The notes beneath the pieces were generated by a model, which was not told where the DNA came from, did not search any database, and saw nothing but the letters and a program-made list of their open reading frames with translations. Source: a cyanobacterium endosymbiont of Braarudosphaera bigelowii (lineage in GTDB: Bacteria > Cyanobacteriota > Cyanobacteriia > Cyanobacteriales > Microcystaceae). From it: 32,000 nt of DNA. This document shows, piece by piece, positions 1-11,987 of this stretch. Position 1 is the stretch's first letter. Each line of letters begins with the position of its first letter. The position numbers were made by a program, and so were the translations under genes. The stretch spans positions 420,001-452,000 of the forward strand of contig NZ_AP024987.1 of NCBI RefSeq assembly GCF_020885515.1, written 5' to 3'.

Positions 1-224
1 TACAAAAAACAAGTTGTTATTATTATTTCATATAGGATATATTAATAGTTAATAGTCATGTAATATTAATATATAGACATTTCAAATTTCATCCGTACAA
101 TCATAAGATTTTTTAATAAAAGTAATTAAATGTCAAGATACTATGTATCGACCTAGTGTCAACTCTTTTTTAAAACTGATACAACTTACACTCATTTAAA
201 AAATTAAAGGTTTATTCGTAGATT

Positions 225-3200
225 ATGGTTTTTTCTTCTCTCATTTACACTTTACAAAAATCTTCTCTTATTAAGGATCTATCGCAGCAACTTAAAGTAA
301 AAAATGAGTTGAGACTAAAAGGAATTAATCGTTTGTCAAAAGGATTAATTTCATCAGTTATTTCACAAATAAATAATCAGAATTTAGTAGTCATATGTGC
401 TACTTCAGAAGAAGCGAGGAGATGGACAAAACAGTTAGAAATTATGGGTTGGAAAACTGTCAATTTCTACTTTGTTCCAGAAACTTCTCCATATGAGGAA
501 TTGAATATTGAGAATGAGATAATATGGACACAAATGCAAGTTCTTTCCAACCTTTTTAAAGCGAAAAAATCAGAAAACAAAAAGTTTGCTATTGTTACTA
601 CTGAAAGATCCTTACAACCACATTTACCATCTCCATCAACTTTTTATGATTATTGTTTGAATTTTAAAGTAGGAATAAAAATGTGCTTCACTGATCTCAG
701 TAAAACATTCAGTGAACTAGGATATGAAAAGGTTAATTTAGTTGAAAGAGAAGGAGAATGGAGCAGACGAGGAGACATTCTAGATATTTTTCCGGTTTCA
801 TCAGAAATTCCTATACGTTTAGAATGGCTTGGAGATGAATTAGAAAAAATTCGAGAATTTGATATATCAACTCAACGTTCACTAGGTGAAGCAGAGCAAG
901 TTTTATTAACTCCTATTAACTTTGATGCTATCACAAAAAATATTATTCAAGTAAATACCTGTAATTTAGATAATTGCATTTCAGAAAAAGAGCCAAAAAA
1001 TCTAAAAGACCATAATTTTTCTCTAAAAGTTCAACAACTTTTAGACACTACAGTTTTAAAACCTGCCTCCCTATTTGATTATTTATCTTCTGATACACTT
1101 TGCGTCTTTGATGAAATTGATCAATGCAAAGCTCATAATCACCGATGGTTAGAGTATGTTGAGAGAAGCTGGAATGAGAAACAAAGTAAGTTGCCGAAAG
1201 TTCATCGTTCTTTTGAAGAATCTTTTTTGTTAATCGAAGAAATACCCAAGCTGTATTTATCAGAACTATCTGAAGTTAATGACACAAATTCTTTTAATAT
1301 AGAATCTCGCCCTATTCCTGTTAATCCCCATCAATTTTCTAAAGTAGCTGAAATATTGAGGGGGAAGAGAGAAATTTATAGTGGAATAAATATAAATAAA
1401 TATTCAGTATGGTTAATCTCAGCACAACCTTCGCGTACTGTTACTTTATTACAGGAACACGATTATTTTGCTCAATTCATTCCTAATCTCAGAGATTATC
1501 CTGCAATTAAAAAATCTCATACTCAAGGTATGGCAGTTGCGTTGAAACATTCTGGACTAGTTAGCTTGGAAGGTTTTATTTTACCTATATTTCGAATTGC
1601 AGTAATTACTGACAAAGAATTTTTTGGACAAAGCATCTCGGGATCTTCAGAATTTTTTAAAAAACGTCGTCGCTCAACTTCTAAAAAAGTCAACCTGCAA
1701 AAACTTCATGAAGGTGATTATGTAGTTCACAAGAGTCATGGTATTGGTAAATTTTTAAGACTAGAAAACTTGTCAAATCGTGAATATTTAGTTGTTCAAT
1801 ACTCTGATGGAGTTTTGAGAGTACCCGCTGATTCTCTCGATAATTTACTACGGTATTCCTCTGTAGATTCTACAACTCCCAAATTACATAAAATGACAGG
1901 AAAAGATTGGAGTAAAATTAAACAAAAGATCCGTAAAAATGTTAAAAAATTAGCATTTAATCTACTTCATCTATATGCAGAAAGAGCCAAAAAAAAAGGA
2001 TATTCATATCCTACTGATTCTCCTTGGCAACAAGAGCTTGAAGACTCTTTTCCTTATCAACCAACACCTGATCAATTACAGGCTATTAGAGAAGTTAAAA
2101 TAGACTTAGAAAGCGTTAGGCCTATGGACCGTCTCATTTGTGGAGATGTTGGTTTTGGCAAAACAGAAGTAGCTATTAGAGCAATTTTTAAAGCTGTTAC
2201 TAGCGGCCATAAACAAGTAGTTTTTTTAGCACCTACTACAATCTTAACTCAACAACATTACCATACTCTTCAGACAAGGTTTTCTCCCTATCCTATCAGT
2301 ATTGGTCTATTAAATAGATTTCGTACAATTTCAGAAAAAAAAGATATTATTGAACGTCTAACTACTGGAGAATTAGATATTGTAGTAGGAACACAACAAC
2401 TTTTAGGAAAAAATATAAATTTTAAAGACTTAGGATTATTGGTAATTGACGAGGAACAACGCTTCGGAGTTAATCATAAAGAAAAAATTCGGACAATTAA
2501 AGCTAATGTAGACGTTCTCACCTTGACTGCAACTCCTATTCCCAGAACTCTTCATATGTCTTTATCAGGAATAAGAGAAATGAGCCTAATTTCTACACCT
2601 CCACCATCTCGTCGTTCTATTAAAACTCACTTATCTAGCTATGACTCAAACCTAGTAAAAGTAGCCATTAGAGCAGAACTTGATCGTGGTGGTCAGATAT
2701 TCTACGTTGTTCCCAGAATAGAAAATATTGATAAATTAGTTACTCAGCTAAAAGAGATGATTCCAAATGCCAAAATTTTAATTGCACATGGACAAATGGA
2801 TGTTAATAATTTAGAAATAACTATGTTAAATTTCAATAATGGAGATGCTGATATTCTAGTTTGTACAACAATCATTGAATCTGGACTGGATATTCCCAAA
2901 GTTAATACAATTATTATTGAAGATGCACAAAAGTTTGGACTGTCTCAACTATATCAGTTAAGAGGGAGAGTCGGTAGATCAGGTGTTCAGGCCCATGCTT
3001 GGTTATTTTATCCAAGTAAATCTGAATTGACTGACAATGCGCTCAAAAGATTGAATGCATTACAAGAGTTTAGTGAACTTGGTTCAGGTTATCATTTAGC
3101 AACTCGTGATATGGAAATTAGAGGAGCAGGCAATTTGCTTGGAGCAGAACAATCTGGACAGATGGAAGCTATAGGTTTTGAGTTGTATATGGAAATGTTA

Positions 3201-3698
3201 CAAGAAGCTATCAGAGAAGTTCAAGGGGAAAAAATACCTGAAGTAAAAGATACTCAAATAGATTTAAAGTTAACTGCTTTCATCCCTAATGACTATATAT
3301 CTGATATTGAACAAAAAATAACGGCATATCGCACAATTGCAGTTGCTACTTCTAAAAAAGAATTGGATATTATTGCTGCTGAATGGACTGAGCATTATGG
3401 AACAGTGCCACACCCTGTACAACAATTATTTAAAGTAATTGAATTAAAACAACTGGCTAAGTCTCTAGGCTTTTCTCGTATTAAGATGGAAGGAAAAAAC
3501 TCTATAGTCTTAGAAACTCCAATGGAAGAGCCTGCTTGGCATATTTTAAAAAACAACTTACCAGAACATCTACAAACACGCTTTGTTTATAACTCTAAAA
3601 AAATTATAGTTAGAGGACTCGGAAATCTAAATCCGCAGAAACAACTCGAAAGTTTAGTAAAGTGGTTCAAGGTCATGCAAGAAAGTGAAAATAATTAG
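225..3698 (+). CDS. mfd: Transcription-repair coupling factor Mfd (DEAD/DEAH-type helicase)
   Basis: 1157-aa ORF; Walker A-like [18 protein letters not shown] box, [31 protein letters not shown] and [12 protein letters not shown]-like motifs; CarD-type interaction segment ([20 protein letters not shown]). Confidence 0.98.
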   Translation: MVFSSLIYTLQKSSLIKDLSQQLKVKNELRLKGINRLSKGLISSVISQINNQNLVVICATSEEARRWTKQLEIMGWKTVNFYFVPETSPYEELNIENEIIWTQMQVLSNLFKAKKSENKKFAIVTTERSLQPHLPSPSTFYDYCLNFKVGIKMCFTDLSKTFSELGYEKVNLVEREGEWSRRGDILDIFPVSSEIPIRLEWLGDELEKIREFDISTQRSLGEAEQVLLTPINFDAITKNIIQVNTCNLDNCISEKEPKNLKDHNFSLKVQQLLDTTVLKPASLFDYLSSDTLCVFDEIDQCKAHNHRWLEYVERSWNEKQSKLPKVHRSFEESFLLIEEIPKLYLSELSEVNDTNSFNIESRPIPVNPHQFSKVAEILRGKREIYSGININKYSVWLISAQPSRTVTLLQEHDYFAQFIPNLRDYPAIKKSHTQGMAVALKHSGLVSLEGFILPIFRIAVITDKEFFGQSISGSSEFFKKRRRSTSKKVNLQKLHEGDYVVHKSHGIGKFLRLENLSNREYLVVQYSDGVLRVPADSLDNLLRYSSVDSTTPKLHKMTGKDWSKIKQKIRKNVKKLAFNLLHLYAERAKKKGYSYPTDSPWQQELEDSFPYQPTPDQLQAIREVKIDLESVRPMDRLICGDVGFGKTEVAIRAIFKAVTSGHKQVVFLAPTTILTQQHYHTLQTRFSPYPISIGLLNRFRTISEKKDIIERLTTGELDIVVGTQQLLGKNINFKDLGLLVIDEEQRFGVNHKEKIRTIKANVDVLTLTATPIPRTLHMSLSGIREMSLISTPPPSRRSIKTHLSSYDSNLVKVAIRAELDRGGQIFYVVPRIENIDKLVTQLKEMIPNAKILIAHGQMDVNNLEITMLNFNNGDADILVCTTIIESGLDIPKVNTIIIEDAQKFGLSQLYQLRGRVGRSGVQAHAWLFYPSKSELTDNALKRLNALQEFSELGSGYHLATRDMEIRGAGNLLGAEQSGQMEAIGFELYMEMLQEAIREVQGEKIPEVKDTQIDLKLTAFIPNDYISDIEQKITAYRTIAVATSKKELDIIAAEWTEHYGTVPHPVQQLFKVIELKQLAKSLGFSRIKMEGKNSIVLETPMEEPAWHILKNNLPEHLQTRFVYNSKKIIVRGLGNLNPQKQLESLVKWFKVMQESENN

Positions 3699-3784
3699 TT
3701 TTAAATCATTTGATAACTTTTCTTAGTTTACATAAATCTCGTAATACTAATTATTTAGTCTAAGCTTATTACCGTAAGACAAAA

Positions 3785-3812
3785 ATTCCTCAAAAAATAT
3801 TTTTTGAGGAAT
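3785..3812. terminator. Perfect 28-nt palindrome, candidate bidirectional terminator between mfd and ndhJ
   Basis: attcctcaaaaaat / attttttgaggaat between two convergent genes. Confidence 0.75.
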
Positions 3813-3840
3813 CAAACCGCACATAATTACATTATCTAAT

Positions 3841-4380
3841 TTAGTATGCGTCTTGTAACTCGTAAAAGTTGGGAGAAATATAATCTTTCCGCAAAGGCCA
3901 ACCAACCCAATCTTCTGGCATTAAGATTCTTTTTAAATCAGGATGATTATCATAAACTATCCCATACATATCATAGTTTTCTCTTTCTTGCCAATCAGCA
4001 GCTTTCCAAATCCAGTATACAGAAGGAACATGGGGATTATCTCTTGTTAGAAATACTTTAAGGCGCAGTTCCTGAGGTCTATCAATATTATCTGCAACCT
4101 TAATTAGATGATAAAAACTAACTAGTTCTTTTCCTGGACCTAAATCATAGGCTCCTTGACATTGTAAATAGTTGAATCCATAAGCATACAATGCAGTAGA
4201 CAAAGGAATTAGAAATTTTGGTGATATTCCAATCATTTCTATTCCTAAGTGATCTACTCCTAATATTTTATGTTCAAAACCATTTTTCGTTAGCCAGTTA
4301 GAAGTTGGTCCCGGTTGTAAAGCTGTTGATTCTTGCTCGTCTTGAGAAGCTTGTCCTTTTGCTTTTTTTTCTTCAGTCAC
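3841..4380 (-). CDS. ndhJ: NAD(P)H-quinone oxidoreductase subunit J
   Basis: Protein has NdhJ/NuoC-like [23 protein letters not shown]; adjacent to ndhK and ndhC. The track ORF reaches 4407, but a GTG at 4380 (VTEEKK...) lies just after the ndhK stop with GGAGG upstream and looks like the better start. Confidence 0.95.
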   Translation of the reverse strand: MTEEKKAKGQASQDEQESTALQPGPTSNWLTKNGFEHKILGVDHLGIEMIGISPKFLIPLSTALYAYGFNYLQCQGAYDLGPGKELVSFYHLIKVADNIDRPQELRLKVFLTRDNPHVPSVYWIWKAADWQERENYDMYGIVYDNHPDLKRILMPEDWVGWPLRKDYISPNFYELQDAY

Positions 4381-4381
4381 T

Positions 4382-5125
4382 TTACATATCCTCCAATTGC
4401 TTTTCAATAGCTAAAGTAGATAAATTTTCAGCCCCAAATACTTCATTCAACTCTTTAGGCGGATTTTGACGAGTTTCAGTAGCTAAATATTTACCAGTTA
4501 ATATTGGAGAAACTATTTTCATATTGTGTGGGGCACTATAATAACGATGAGTTTGTTCCATAATAGTTGCTCTTTCCTGAATTGTTTCATTAGAAACTTT
4601 TTTGCGTAATTTAATTACAGCATCAAAAATTGCTTCGGGGCGAGGAGGGCAACCAGGAATATATACATCTACAGGAATTAATTTATCTACTCCACGTACA
4701 GTAGTTGTAGAGTCACGGCTAAACATTCCTCCAGTAATTGTGCAAGCACCCATTGCAATAACATATTTTGGAGAAGGCATCTCTTCATAAAGACGCACTA
4801 GAGCAGGAGCCATTTTCATAGTTACAGTTCCTGCAACTAAAAGTAGATCTGCTTGCCTTGGACTACATCGAGGAACTAAACCAAAACGGTCAAAATCGAA
4901 ACGTGAACCAATCAGAGCAGCAAACTCAATAAAACAACAAGCTGTACCGTATAATAATGGCCATAAGCTGGATAAACGAGCCCAGTTATGTAAATCATCA
5001 ACGGTAGTTAAAATAATGTTTTCTGATAAATCTTGGGTTATTTTACCAGGAGCAATAGGATTAAGAATTTTTTCTTTTTGCGATTGCTCTATGGTTGATA
5101 AATCTGGTGTTAGGTTCGGACTCAT
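4382..5125 (-). CDS. ndhK: NAD(P)H-quinone oxidoreductase subunit K
   Basis: [35 protein letters not shown] and [12 protein letters not shown] motifs typical of NdhK/NuoB; ndhC-K-J order. Confidence 0.98.
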   Translation of the reverse strand: MSPNLTPDLSTIEQSQKEKILNPIAPGKITQDLSENIILTTVDDLHNWARLSSLWPLLYGTACCFIEFAALIGSRFDFDRFGLVPRCSPRQADLLLVAGTVTMKMAPALVRLYEEMPSPKYVIAMGACTITGGMFSRDSTTTVRGVDKLIPVDVYIPGCPPRPEAIFDAVIKLRKKVSNETIQERATIMEQTHRYYSAPHNMKIVSPILTGKYLATETRQNPPKELNEVFGAENLSTLAIEKQLEDM

Positions 5126-5177
5126 AAGAACTCAATTATAGTCAATGTACAATATTTTCGAGAGATGCCCTAAGGTC

Positions 5178-5540
5178 TTAAGACCATTCTAGTGCACCTT
5201 TTCGCCAAGCATAAACTAGCGCAATGACGAGAATAGCTATAAAGATAAGGGCTTCCATAAAAGCTAATAAACCTAGGCTACTGAAAGCTACAGCCCAAGG
5301 ATATAGAAAGACTGTCTCTACATCAAATACAACAAACACTAAAGCAAACATATAATAGCGAATATTGAATTGTATCCAGGCACCTCCAATAGGTTCCATC
5401 CCAGACTCATAAGTAGTTAGTGTTTCAGGACCACCATTGCTAGGGCGTAAAATTTTTGATGCAGTTAAAGCTAGAATGGGAATTAAATTACAGGCAATTA
5501 GAAAGCCAAGTAAATATTCGTAACCGCTGAGGACAAACAC
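5178..5540 (-). CDS. ndhC: NAD(P)H-quinone oxidoreductase subunit 3
   Basis: [40 protein letters not shown], diagnostic NdhC/NuoA segment; first gene of ndhCKJ. Confidence 0.98.
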   Translation of the reverse strand: MFVLSGYEYLLGFLIACNLIPILALTASKILRPSNGGPETLTTYESGMEPIGGAWIQFNIRYYMFALVFVVFDVETVFLYPWAVAFSSLGLLAFMEALIFIAILVIALVYAWRKGALEWS

Positions 5541-5670
5541 TGTTTTCGATCAACTCCTCTGAAAATATAGTTTATATTATTGCGTTCATACTTTCTATTA
5601 AACCTCAAATTCTGCCCAAATAAACCTCTAAAGATATTTTTAATTTTAGTTAAATTTTTAAAAAGATACT

Positions 5671-5700
5671 TATAGTGAATATATATATATATCCACTATA
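5671..5700. repeat. (AT)7 tract flanked by a 7-bp inverted repeat (tatagtg ... cactata)
   Basis: tatagtg-a-(at)7-c-cactata reads as one near-perfect 30-nt hairpin upstream of ndhC on the minus strand. Confidence 0.6.
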
Positions 5701-5841
5701 AAACTAAAATTTACTTTCCTTTTAGACAAATATTTTTTGTTAATTGCATAATCGTAAGTGCAATATAAGTCGTATTGTAAGTATTCATTACTATTAATTG
5801 CTAAGATGTAAGTTCTCGTAAAGTCTATTTGCTAAAACCAT

Positions 5842-6345
5842 TTACTTTGGTAATTTTTTCTTAAAGTTTTCCAAACCTTTCCAGTAATTATTAATTGAAA
5901 TCGAACTTTTTTTATCAATACTTACTGGTATTTGACAATCATTGCTACATAATTTTCTCAAAGGTACGGATAATGATAGTTGTTCATACATCCAAACCTT
6001 AGGATCGAAATATCCTTCTGATGATAGAGTCTCAGAAAAATCTTCTACAATCAATTCTTTTTCTTGAATAAACTTTTGATTAGAGTTCGAACTTTTGTTT
6101 AACCATATATTTTCAAATGTTTTAAGGTTAAGGCGATAATTGTATTGTTGAAGACAGCGATCACAGATTAAATTTATTATCGTCTCTCCCTCAATACTAA
6201 TCTCTAAAAAAGTTCCTCCATGTCTAATCATCATTACTCCACGGAAAGGAGTTAAAGTTACTAACTCGGTAATAAAGTTATCTAATATAATAGTTTGAGT
6301 TTTTTGAGAAAATTGGAGTACATGAGGAATATATATTTTTTTCAT
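5842..6345 (-). CDS. YceD/DUF177 family protein
   Basis: 167 aa with CDRCLQQYNYRL and downstream C-x4-C (LCSNDCQ), layout of the YceD (DUF177) family. Confidence 0.85.
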   Translation of the reverse strand: MKKIYIPHVLQFSQKTQTIILDNFITELVTLTPFRGVMMIRHGGTFLEISIEGETIINLICDRCLQQYNYRLNLKTFENIWLNKSSNSNQKFIQEKELIVEDFSETLSSEGYFDPKVWMYEQLSLSVPLRKLCSNDCQIPVSIDKKSSISINNYWKGLENFKKKLPK

Positions 6346-6385
6346 AGTCTTATTTTTTTACGAAAAATTATCTACTTGTAAAATA

Positions 6386-7150
6386 TCAAAATCTAGAACT
6401 ATAGCCTAAAGATATAGCTCCAGAATATAAGTTGATTGTCGTCATAGTTTTTGAAACTTGTGAAGAAATTTCCAAATTTCCTTCAGAGTTAACCCCACTA
6501 ATTATTCCTTCGAAATTTTTAATTATGGTTTTATATCCTATACCATCTAATATTTCCATATAATTTTTCAGTAATACTTCAATTCCTGAAACTAAGTAAT
6601 ATTGATAACCAGAAATTATTGCTTCAATGACGATAGCGGCAAGATGTTCTATTGATATTATTCGATGTTGGTATGATTGAAGATTGATTCCGTTTTCTGG
6701 TACCATGTTAGACCAATTAATACCTATTCCAATAATTCCCTGAGTAATGATATTATCTCGAATTTTGATTTCACTTTTTATACCTCCTAATTTTTGATGC
6801 TCAATAACTAAATCATTAGGCCATTTTAATTTCACAGGAAGTTGATAATTTCTTAATTTATTGGCTATGCTCCAAGCACTAAATAATGTAATGTGAGAGG
6901 CATTTTTTGCAGCAATCTTTAACTCACATCCTATAGATAGATAGAGTCCTCCGGGCAAAGAGCACCAATCTCTACCCCATTGTCCTTTTCCTTTAGTTTG
7001 TTCAGAAGCTATAATAACAAAGAATCCCAACTCTTTCTTTTTCATTAAATTCCAAGCTACAGCATTAGTAGAAGAAACTCTATCAAAAACATATATTGGA
7101 TAAGAGGGTTTCTTAATATAAGACTTAATTTCTTCAACATTAATTTTCAT
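6386..7150 (-). CDS. birA: Biotin--[acetyl-CoA-carboxylase] ligase, no N-terminal HTH domain
   Basis: SSTNAVAW, EQTKGKGQWGRDW and KWPNDLVIEHQKLGGI motifs; 254 aa starts directly at the catalytic domain. Confidence 0.92.
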   Translation of the reverse strand: MKINVEEIKSYIKKPSYPIYVFDRVSSTNAVAWNLMKKKELGFFVIIASEQTKGKGQWGRDWCSLPGGLYLSIGCELKIAAKNASHITLFSAWSIANKLRNYQLPVKLKWPNDLVIEHQKLGGIKSEIKIRDNIITQGIIGIGINWSNMVPENGINLQSYQHRIISIEHLAAIVIEAIISGYQYYLVSGIEVLLKNYMEILDGIGYKTIIKNFEGIISGVNSEGNLEISSQVSKTMTTINLYSGAISLGYSSRF

Positions 7151-7226
7151 TTAATTAGGTTTTAAAATATATAAATACTGCAGTCTCTTTTGATTTAAAG
7201 TTGTGTTTTATAGACTTTATAAAAAA

Positions 7227-7340
7227 ATGGGTTTAATAAATATAAAAATTCTAACAATTGAAGACTTATTATATATTTATTTAATTGCAATTTTGGCTAT
7301 GTACTTAATTACAGTATATAAAATATTTAGATTAAGTTAA
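7227..7340 (+). other. Candidate 37-aa single-TM micro-ORF, not in the ORF track
   Basis: ATG...TAA encodes MGLINIKILTIEDLLYIYLIAILAMYLITVYKIFRLS; hydrophobic centre with a basic C-terminus. No clear Shine-Dalgarno. Confidence 0.3.
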
Positions 7341-7452
7341 TACTAAAACATTTACGGATAATTTTTTTATTTAGGTACATTAACTCAATGTAGAATCTTT
7401 TTGACTTACACTAGATACATAAATTACTATCAATAAATTTAGAAACTTTATT

Positions 7453-8304
7453 GTGCCCAACAGAAATATATTACTCTCATTTTTTCTTACTCTAGGAATA
7501 TCACAGTTTAGCATTCCTGCTAATGGACAAGTGTTGTTGCCTTATACTCCACAATTAGATATGGAGCAACTCGAATTACAAGGATTAAAAATGGCCGAAG
7601 AAGCTTCTCAACTAGTACGTTTTCAACAGCATGATCATGCTTTGTCACGTGCAAAATTAGCTGTTCAGCTAGCCCCACAAAAGTATCAACCTTGGTTTAT
7701 TTTAGGAACATTATACGTAATGAAACAAGACCTAGATTTAGGTATTAACGCTTTAAAAAAATCTTTAGATCTCGAGCCAAAAGAAATAACAATTAAATTC
7801 ACTTTGGGTAATGCATATTTTCAGCAAGGGAAATATCAACTTGCAGCTATTGAATTAGAAGAAGGATTAGAGATTAAACCGAATACCTCTTCTGCTCAGT
7901 TTGATTTGGGTAATACTTACTTTAAATTAGGACAAATGCAAAAATCAATGATTGCTTATCAACAGGCAGTGGCTGCACAAGTAGACTTTTGGCCGGCTAT
8001 CAATAATATTGGCTTAATTAAATATGAACAAGGAAATAAAGAAGAGGCAATAGCACAATGGAGAAGAGCATTGAAAATAAATTCTGAACAAGCAGAACCA
8101 AAATTGGCACTAGGTGTTGCTTTGTATTCTCAAGGTCAAAAAGAACAAGGTATACAGTTAGGAAAAACTGCTCTTAAGTTGGACCACAAGTATCGCGATT
8201 TAGAATATTTACACGAAAATCTTTGGGGAAAAAAGCTGCTTAAAGATACACAAAAATTTTTAAGTGAACCAGAGGTCGATATCTTTATTAATCAGTTGAA
8301 ATAA
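7453..8304 (+). CDS. Exported TPR-repeat protein
   Basis: 283 aa, N-terminal signal-like hydrophobic segment (ILLSFFLTLGISQFSIPANG), several TPR units (e.g. SAQFDLGNTYFKLGQMQKSMIAYQQAVAAQ). Start is GTG. Confidence 0.9.
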   Translation: MPNRNILLSFFLTLGISQFSIPANGQVLLPYTPQLDMEQLELQGLKMAEEASQLVRFQQHDHALSRAKLAVQLAPQKYQPWFILGTLYVMKQDLDLGINALKKSLDLEPKEITIKFTLGNAYFQQGKYQLAAIELEEGLEIKPNTSSAQFDLGNTYFKLGQMQKSMIAYQQAVAAQVDFWPAINNIGLIKYEQGNKEEAIAQWRRALKINSEQAEPKLALGVALYSQGQKEQGIQLGKTALKLDHKYRDLEYLHENLWGKKLLKDTQKFLSEPEVDIFINQLK

Positions 8305-8678
8305 AATTGAAATGAGATGATATACAGTTATATCAAATATTAAAAGCCTTAGATTATTTAGATTTAATTACATATCATAGATTACTAAGTAAATTTTTTA
8401 TTCAATTATCTAATCAAATAAAAAAAATTAAATATAAGTCTTTTATAAGCTTATCAAATTAACGAAATATGTAATAAAAGGTTATAGTTTCTGAGACCTT
8501 ATCATATAAGTATTTTATTGATTAAATTTAGCTTTAAATTATACATATAAGTTTGATATATAATACTTTATATATCTAAAAATATACTGATTAATTGTTC
8601 AAACATATGTAATTTAGGACAGTCTGATAATTAATAGTTTTAAGCTTTATAAATGTAATTTTATGGAGCTTAAAAAGG

Positions 8679-8705
8679 CCATAAAGTAGTTATTCTACTT
8701 TATGG
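8679..8705. terminator. Hairpin between convergent TPR gene and ferritin-like gene
   Basis: ccataaagtag - ttatt - ctactttatgg: 11-bp perfect arms, 5-nt loop. Confidence 0.6.
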
Positions 8706-8806
8706 ACCCTGAACACATATATAAATATTTCAGCTATTTACTTTCTACTTTAGAAGTGAACTTTTGAAATAGAAAACAAAATAAGTTTATTGAGTCATCT
8801 AGAATA

Positions 8807-9241
8807 TTAGACATAGTCTCTTAACATTTTTTTCAACTCTATATTGTGTACTTCTTCTTGCCCAATCATACCTCTTGTAAATTCTTCAATATAAATTGAA
8901 GCATCTTCAACTATCTCTAATAACTCTTTATATAGATCTAGTGCTTTTTTCTCATGATTAAGACTTTCTACCAAGATAGTATGTAAAGTATGTTCATGGC
9001 TTTCTTCCATAGTAGCAATTTTTAGGCTTGGATGTCCTTCTAAGCCGGTTAGAATTTCTCCAACTTGTTGTGCATGCAACAAAGATTCGGTTGCTTGTTG
9101 TTGAAAAAATTGAACGATTGGGATACGATGAGGGCCTGTAACCATCAAAGAGTAGTGGGTATATCGTACAACACCAGCTAGCTCATATTCCATAATGGTA
9201 TTAAGAAGTTCGTTTGTTTTGTCTCGATTAAGTGTTCTCAT
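8807..9241 (-). CDS. Ferritin-like domain protein (bacterioferritin/Dps-like)
   Basis: 144 aa, helical, repeated E/H ligand-like motifs: MEYELAGVVRYTHY, ESLLHAQQVGE, HEKKALDLY, GQEEVHNIEL. Confidence 0.8.
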   Translation of the reverse strand: MRTLNRDKTNELLNTIMEYELAGVVRYTHYSLMVTGPHRIPIVQFFQQQATESLLHAQQVGEILTGLEGHPSLKIATMEESHEHTLHTILVESLNHEKKALDLYKELLEIVEDASIYIEEFTRGMIGQEEVHNIELKKMLRDYV

Positions 9242-9576
9242 ACTTTACCTGCTGAAGGATCTAACTTTTAATGGCAGCATTCTAACTTATTAGGAAGGGT
9301 TCGTAAAGTTCTTTGTGTTAAGTCAAGCTCTAAGAGAAAAAATCTGTAAAGTAATTTTATCTTAATTAAAGCATAATTCTTTTTATTGAAAAATTTAATG
9401 AAGAAAAACAAATTATTTAACAAATGTAAAATATAATTAATTTGCTATCTAAGTATTAAGTTAGCATATATAAAAACTATAATATTCAACGTTTAAATTT
9501 TATTTTAACAAAGTTTAAACTTAGTACTTACGAACACAGCATTCTATTATAAAAGTACATTGATTTTTATCTTCTG

Positions 9577-10800
9577 ATGTTTTCAACAAATACTATGGAT
9601 CATTCTAATTGGCTATACAGAGGAACTGCTGAAATATTTCCTAATCAAGACAACTCAAATAGTTCTGAAGGAAATCTAGTAAACTTCTTACAAGATTTGA
9701 ATCGTCCCTTAAGAGTTAAACTGGGGATAGATCCAACTGGAAATGATATTCACTTAGGGCATAGTATTCCCTTTCGAAAGTTACGTGCTTTTCAAGATGC
9801 TGGTCATACAGCAGTAGTCATTATTGGAGACTTTACAGCACAGATAGGAGATCCAACTGGTAAATCAGAAGTACGTAAACAACTTAGCCCAAAACAAGTT
9901 GAAAAAAATGTAGAAAGTTATTTAGAACAATTACATTCAATTTTAGATTTTAATACTCCAGGAAGATTAGAAATCAGATATAACTCTGAATGGTTAAATA
10001 AGTTAAATTTTCATAAGGTTCAAGAGTTACTATCTACAATGACTGTGAGTCAAATGTTAGCAAAGGAAGGATTTTCTGAACGTTATAAAAAAGAAAATCC
10101 AATTTTTCTTCATGAATTTCTTTATCCACTTATGCAAGGATATGATTCAGTGATCATAAATGCCGACATTGAACTAGGAGGAACAGACCAAAAATTTAAT
10201 ATTGCTATAGGTAGAGATTTGCAGAGATATTTTGGGCAAAAGCCCCAATTTGGTTTATTACTCCCTATTTTAACTGGAACGGATGGTAGCCAAAAAATGT
10301 CAAAATCTCTTGGAAATTATATTGGATTAAAAGAAGATGCATTATCAATGTATTCTAAAACAGAAAAAATTCCTGATAACTTAGTACAAACTTATTTTGA
10401 GTTATTAACTGATTTGAATCTTAATGATTTGCCAAAAAATCCAAGAGAATGTCAAAAGTTATTAGCCATAGAAATTACTTCTCATTATCATGGAAGAAAA
10501 AAGGCATTATTAGCACAAGAGACAGCAGAAAGTCTCATTAAAAATAAAAACACCTTATCAAAAGATAATATCGCTGAATATAATTTATCTGAAGTAACTT
10601 TTCCTGCCAAATTATTTTATATTCTAAGTGCTAGCAAATTATGTGTAAGTAGTGGAGAAGGGCGAAGACAGATTCAAGGAGGAAGTGTCAGATTAGAAGG
10701 GGAAAAAATTCTTGATATTAATATTGTTTTTGAAAATCCTGAACAGCTTACTAACAAGATTTTACAGGTAGGAAAAACAAAGTTTATAAAATTAGTTTAA
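9577..10800 (+). CDS. tyrS: Tyrosyl-tRNA synthetase
   Basis: Class I signatures [15 protein letters not shown] and KMSKSLGN; [17 protein letters not shown]; C-terminal S4-like [15 protein letters not shown]. Confidence 0.97.
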   Translation: MFSTNTMDHSNWLYRGTAEIFPNQDNSNSSEGNLVNFLQDLNRPLRVKLGIDPTGNDIHLGHSIPFRKLRAFQDAGHTAVVIIGDFTAQIGDPTGKSEVRKQLSPKQVEKNVESYLEQLHSILDFNTPGRLEIRYNSEWLNKLNFHKVQELLSTMTVSQMLAKEGFSERYKKENPIFLHEFLYPLMQGYDSVIINADIELGGTDQKFNIAIGRDLQRYFGQKPQFGLLLPILTGTDGSQKMSKSLGNYIGLKEDALSMYSKTEKIPDNLVQTYFELLTDLNLNDLPKNPRECQKLLAIEITSHYHGRKKALLAQETAESLIKNKNTLSKDNIAEYNLSEVTFPAKLFYILSASKLCVSSGEGRRQIQGGSVRLEGEKILDINIVFENPEQLTNKILQVGKTKFIKLV

Positions 10801-10925
10801 TCATAAATAGTTTATATTTTTTCTAAAGAGTAGACTCACCATATTTTTTATAAAAAGTCAATGTTTAGAATCTAATTGTTTTTTTTAGTAATAGTTGTAA
10901 GAATTATTACTTAATTTCAACTATG

Positions 10926-10953
10926 GATCATACAAAGATTAATTTGTATGATC
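10926..10953. repeat. Inverted repeat downstream of tyrS
   Basis: gatcatacaaa - gattaa - tttgtatgatc, 11-bp perfect arms; no T tract on the plus strand. Confidence 0.45.
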
Positions 10954-11192
10954 AAAAATTTACTTTCAAATATTAATAGTATAAGCAAAATTTACAAATA
11001 TCTACTATTAAAAAGATTTTTTTTCATAACTTAAATAGCTAGATCAAGCATGAAAATTATGAAAATAGGTTTTCTCATTCAAAAGGTATTTCTTATGTGG
11101 TTAATACTTTATTATTTCAATGCCAAAGTATAACTATATCAATAGGATAAATCACTTTTCAATTTACGTTAATAATAAACTTATATAACTTT

Positions 11193-11987
11193 ATGAAAAA
11201 TATTTATAAACCAACAATTTTAGCTTTAGATTTTGATGGAGTAATTTGTAACGGGATGCGAGAGTATTTTCAAACTGCAAAGCAAGCTTATAAGATAATA
11301 TGGCCACAAAATATAAATTATAATTTTGATCATTTATTTAAAGTTTTCTCTGAGCTACGTCCCATAATTGAGACTGGTTGGGAAATGCCTGTTCTTTTAA
11401 GAGCTATAATCCTTAATTACAATGCTGTGGATATTGAATCTAAATGGGATTTAGTCTGTACAGAAATTCTTGATAAAGATTCTCTTCAGAAAGAAGAACT
11501 AATGTTGATTTTAGATGAAGTTAGAGACTGTTTCATTAACCTTCACTTAGATTATTGGTTAAATCTACATGATTTTTATCCAGAAGTTATAAGAAAATTA
11601 CCAAAGCTATTAAATTCAAAAACGCAACTATATATCGTCACAACTAAAGAAGGAAGGTTTGTACAGCAATTGTTAGAAAGTAGAGGAATACAATTTCCTA
11701 GAAATAAGATTCTAGGAAAAGAACTTAAACAAGCCAAGCAAAAAGTCTTACGTCAAATTCTTATTAACTATAAAGAAAAACCTCAAAATCTATGGTTTGT
11801 TGAAGATTTATTAAAAACTTTGATAACTGCCCAAAACGAAGAAGATTTAAGGGGAATTAAACTTTTTTTAGCAGATTGGGGTTATAACACTATGAAAATA
11901 CGTAGCTTAGCTAAGAAGAAAAAAGATATTTCTTTACTTTCTTTAAATAAATTCTCCAAAAATTTTTCAACTTGGATTGACCCTTAA
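11193..11987 (+). CDS. HAD-superfamily hydrolase
   Basis: Motif I LALDFDGVICNG; motif II-like YIVTTKEG; later WFVEDLLKTL matching a motif III/IV region. Confidence 0.85.
   Translation: MKNIYKPTILALDFDGVICNGMREYFQTAKQAYKIIWPQNINYNFDHLFKVFSELRPIIETGWEMPVLLRAIILNYNAVDIESKWDLVCTEILDKDSLQKEELMLILDEVRDCFINLHLDYWLNLHDFYPEVIRKLPKLLNSKTQLYIVTTKEGRFVQQLLESRGIQFPRNKILGKELKQAKQKVLRQILINYKEKPQNLWFVEDLLKTLITAQNEEDLRGIKLFLADWGYNTMKIRSLAKKKKDISLLSLNKFSKNFSTWIDP

Noticed and set aside
3846-4061. Plus-strand ORF (71 aa) opposite ndhJ
   Set aside because: Fully antisense to a confident gene; composition is that of a shadow frame.
4602-4790. Plus-strand ORF opposite ndhK
   Set aside because: Shadow ORF antisense to conserved NdhK coding sequence.
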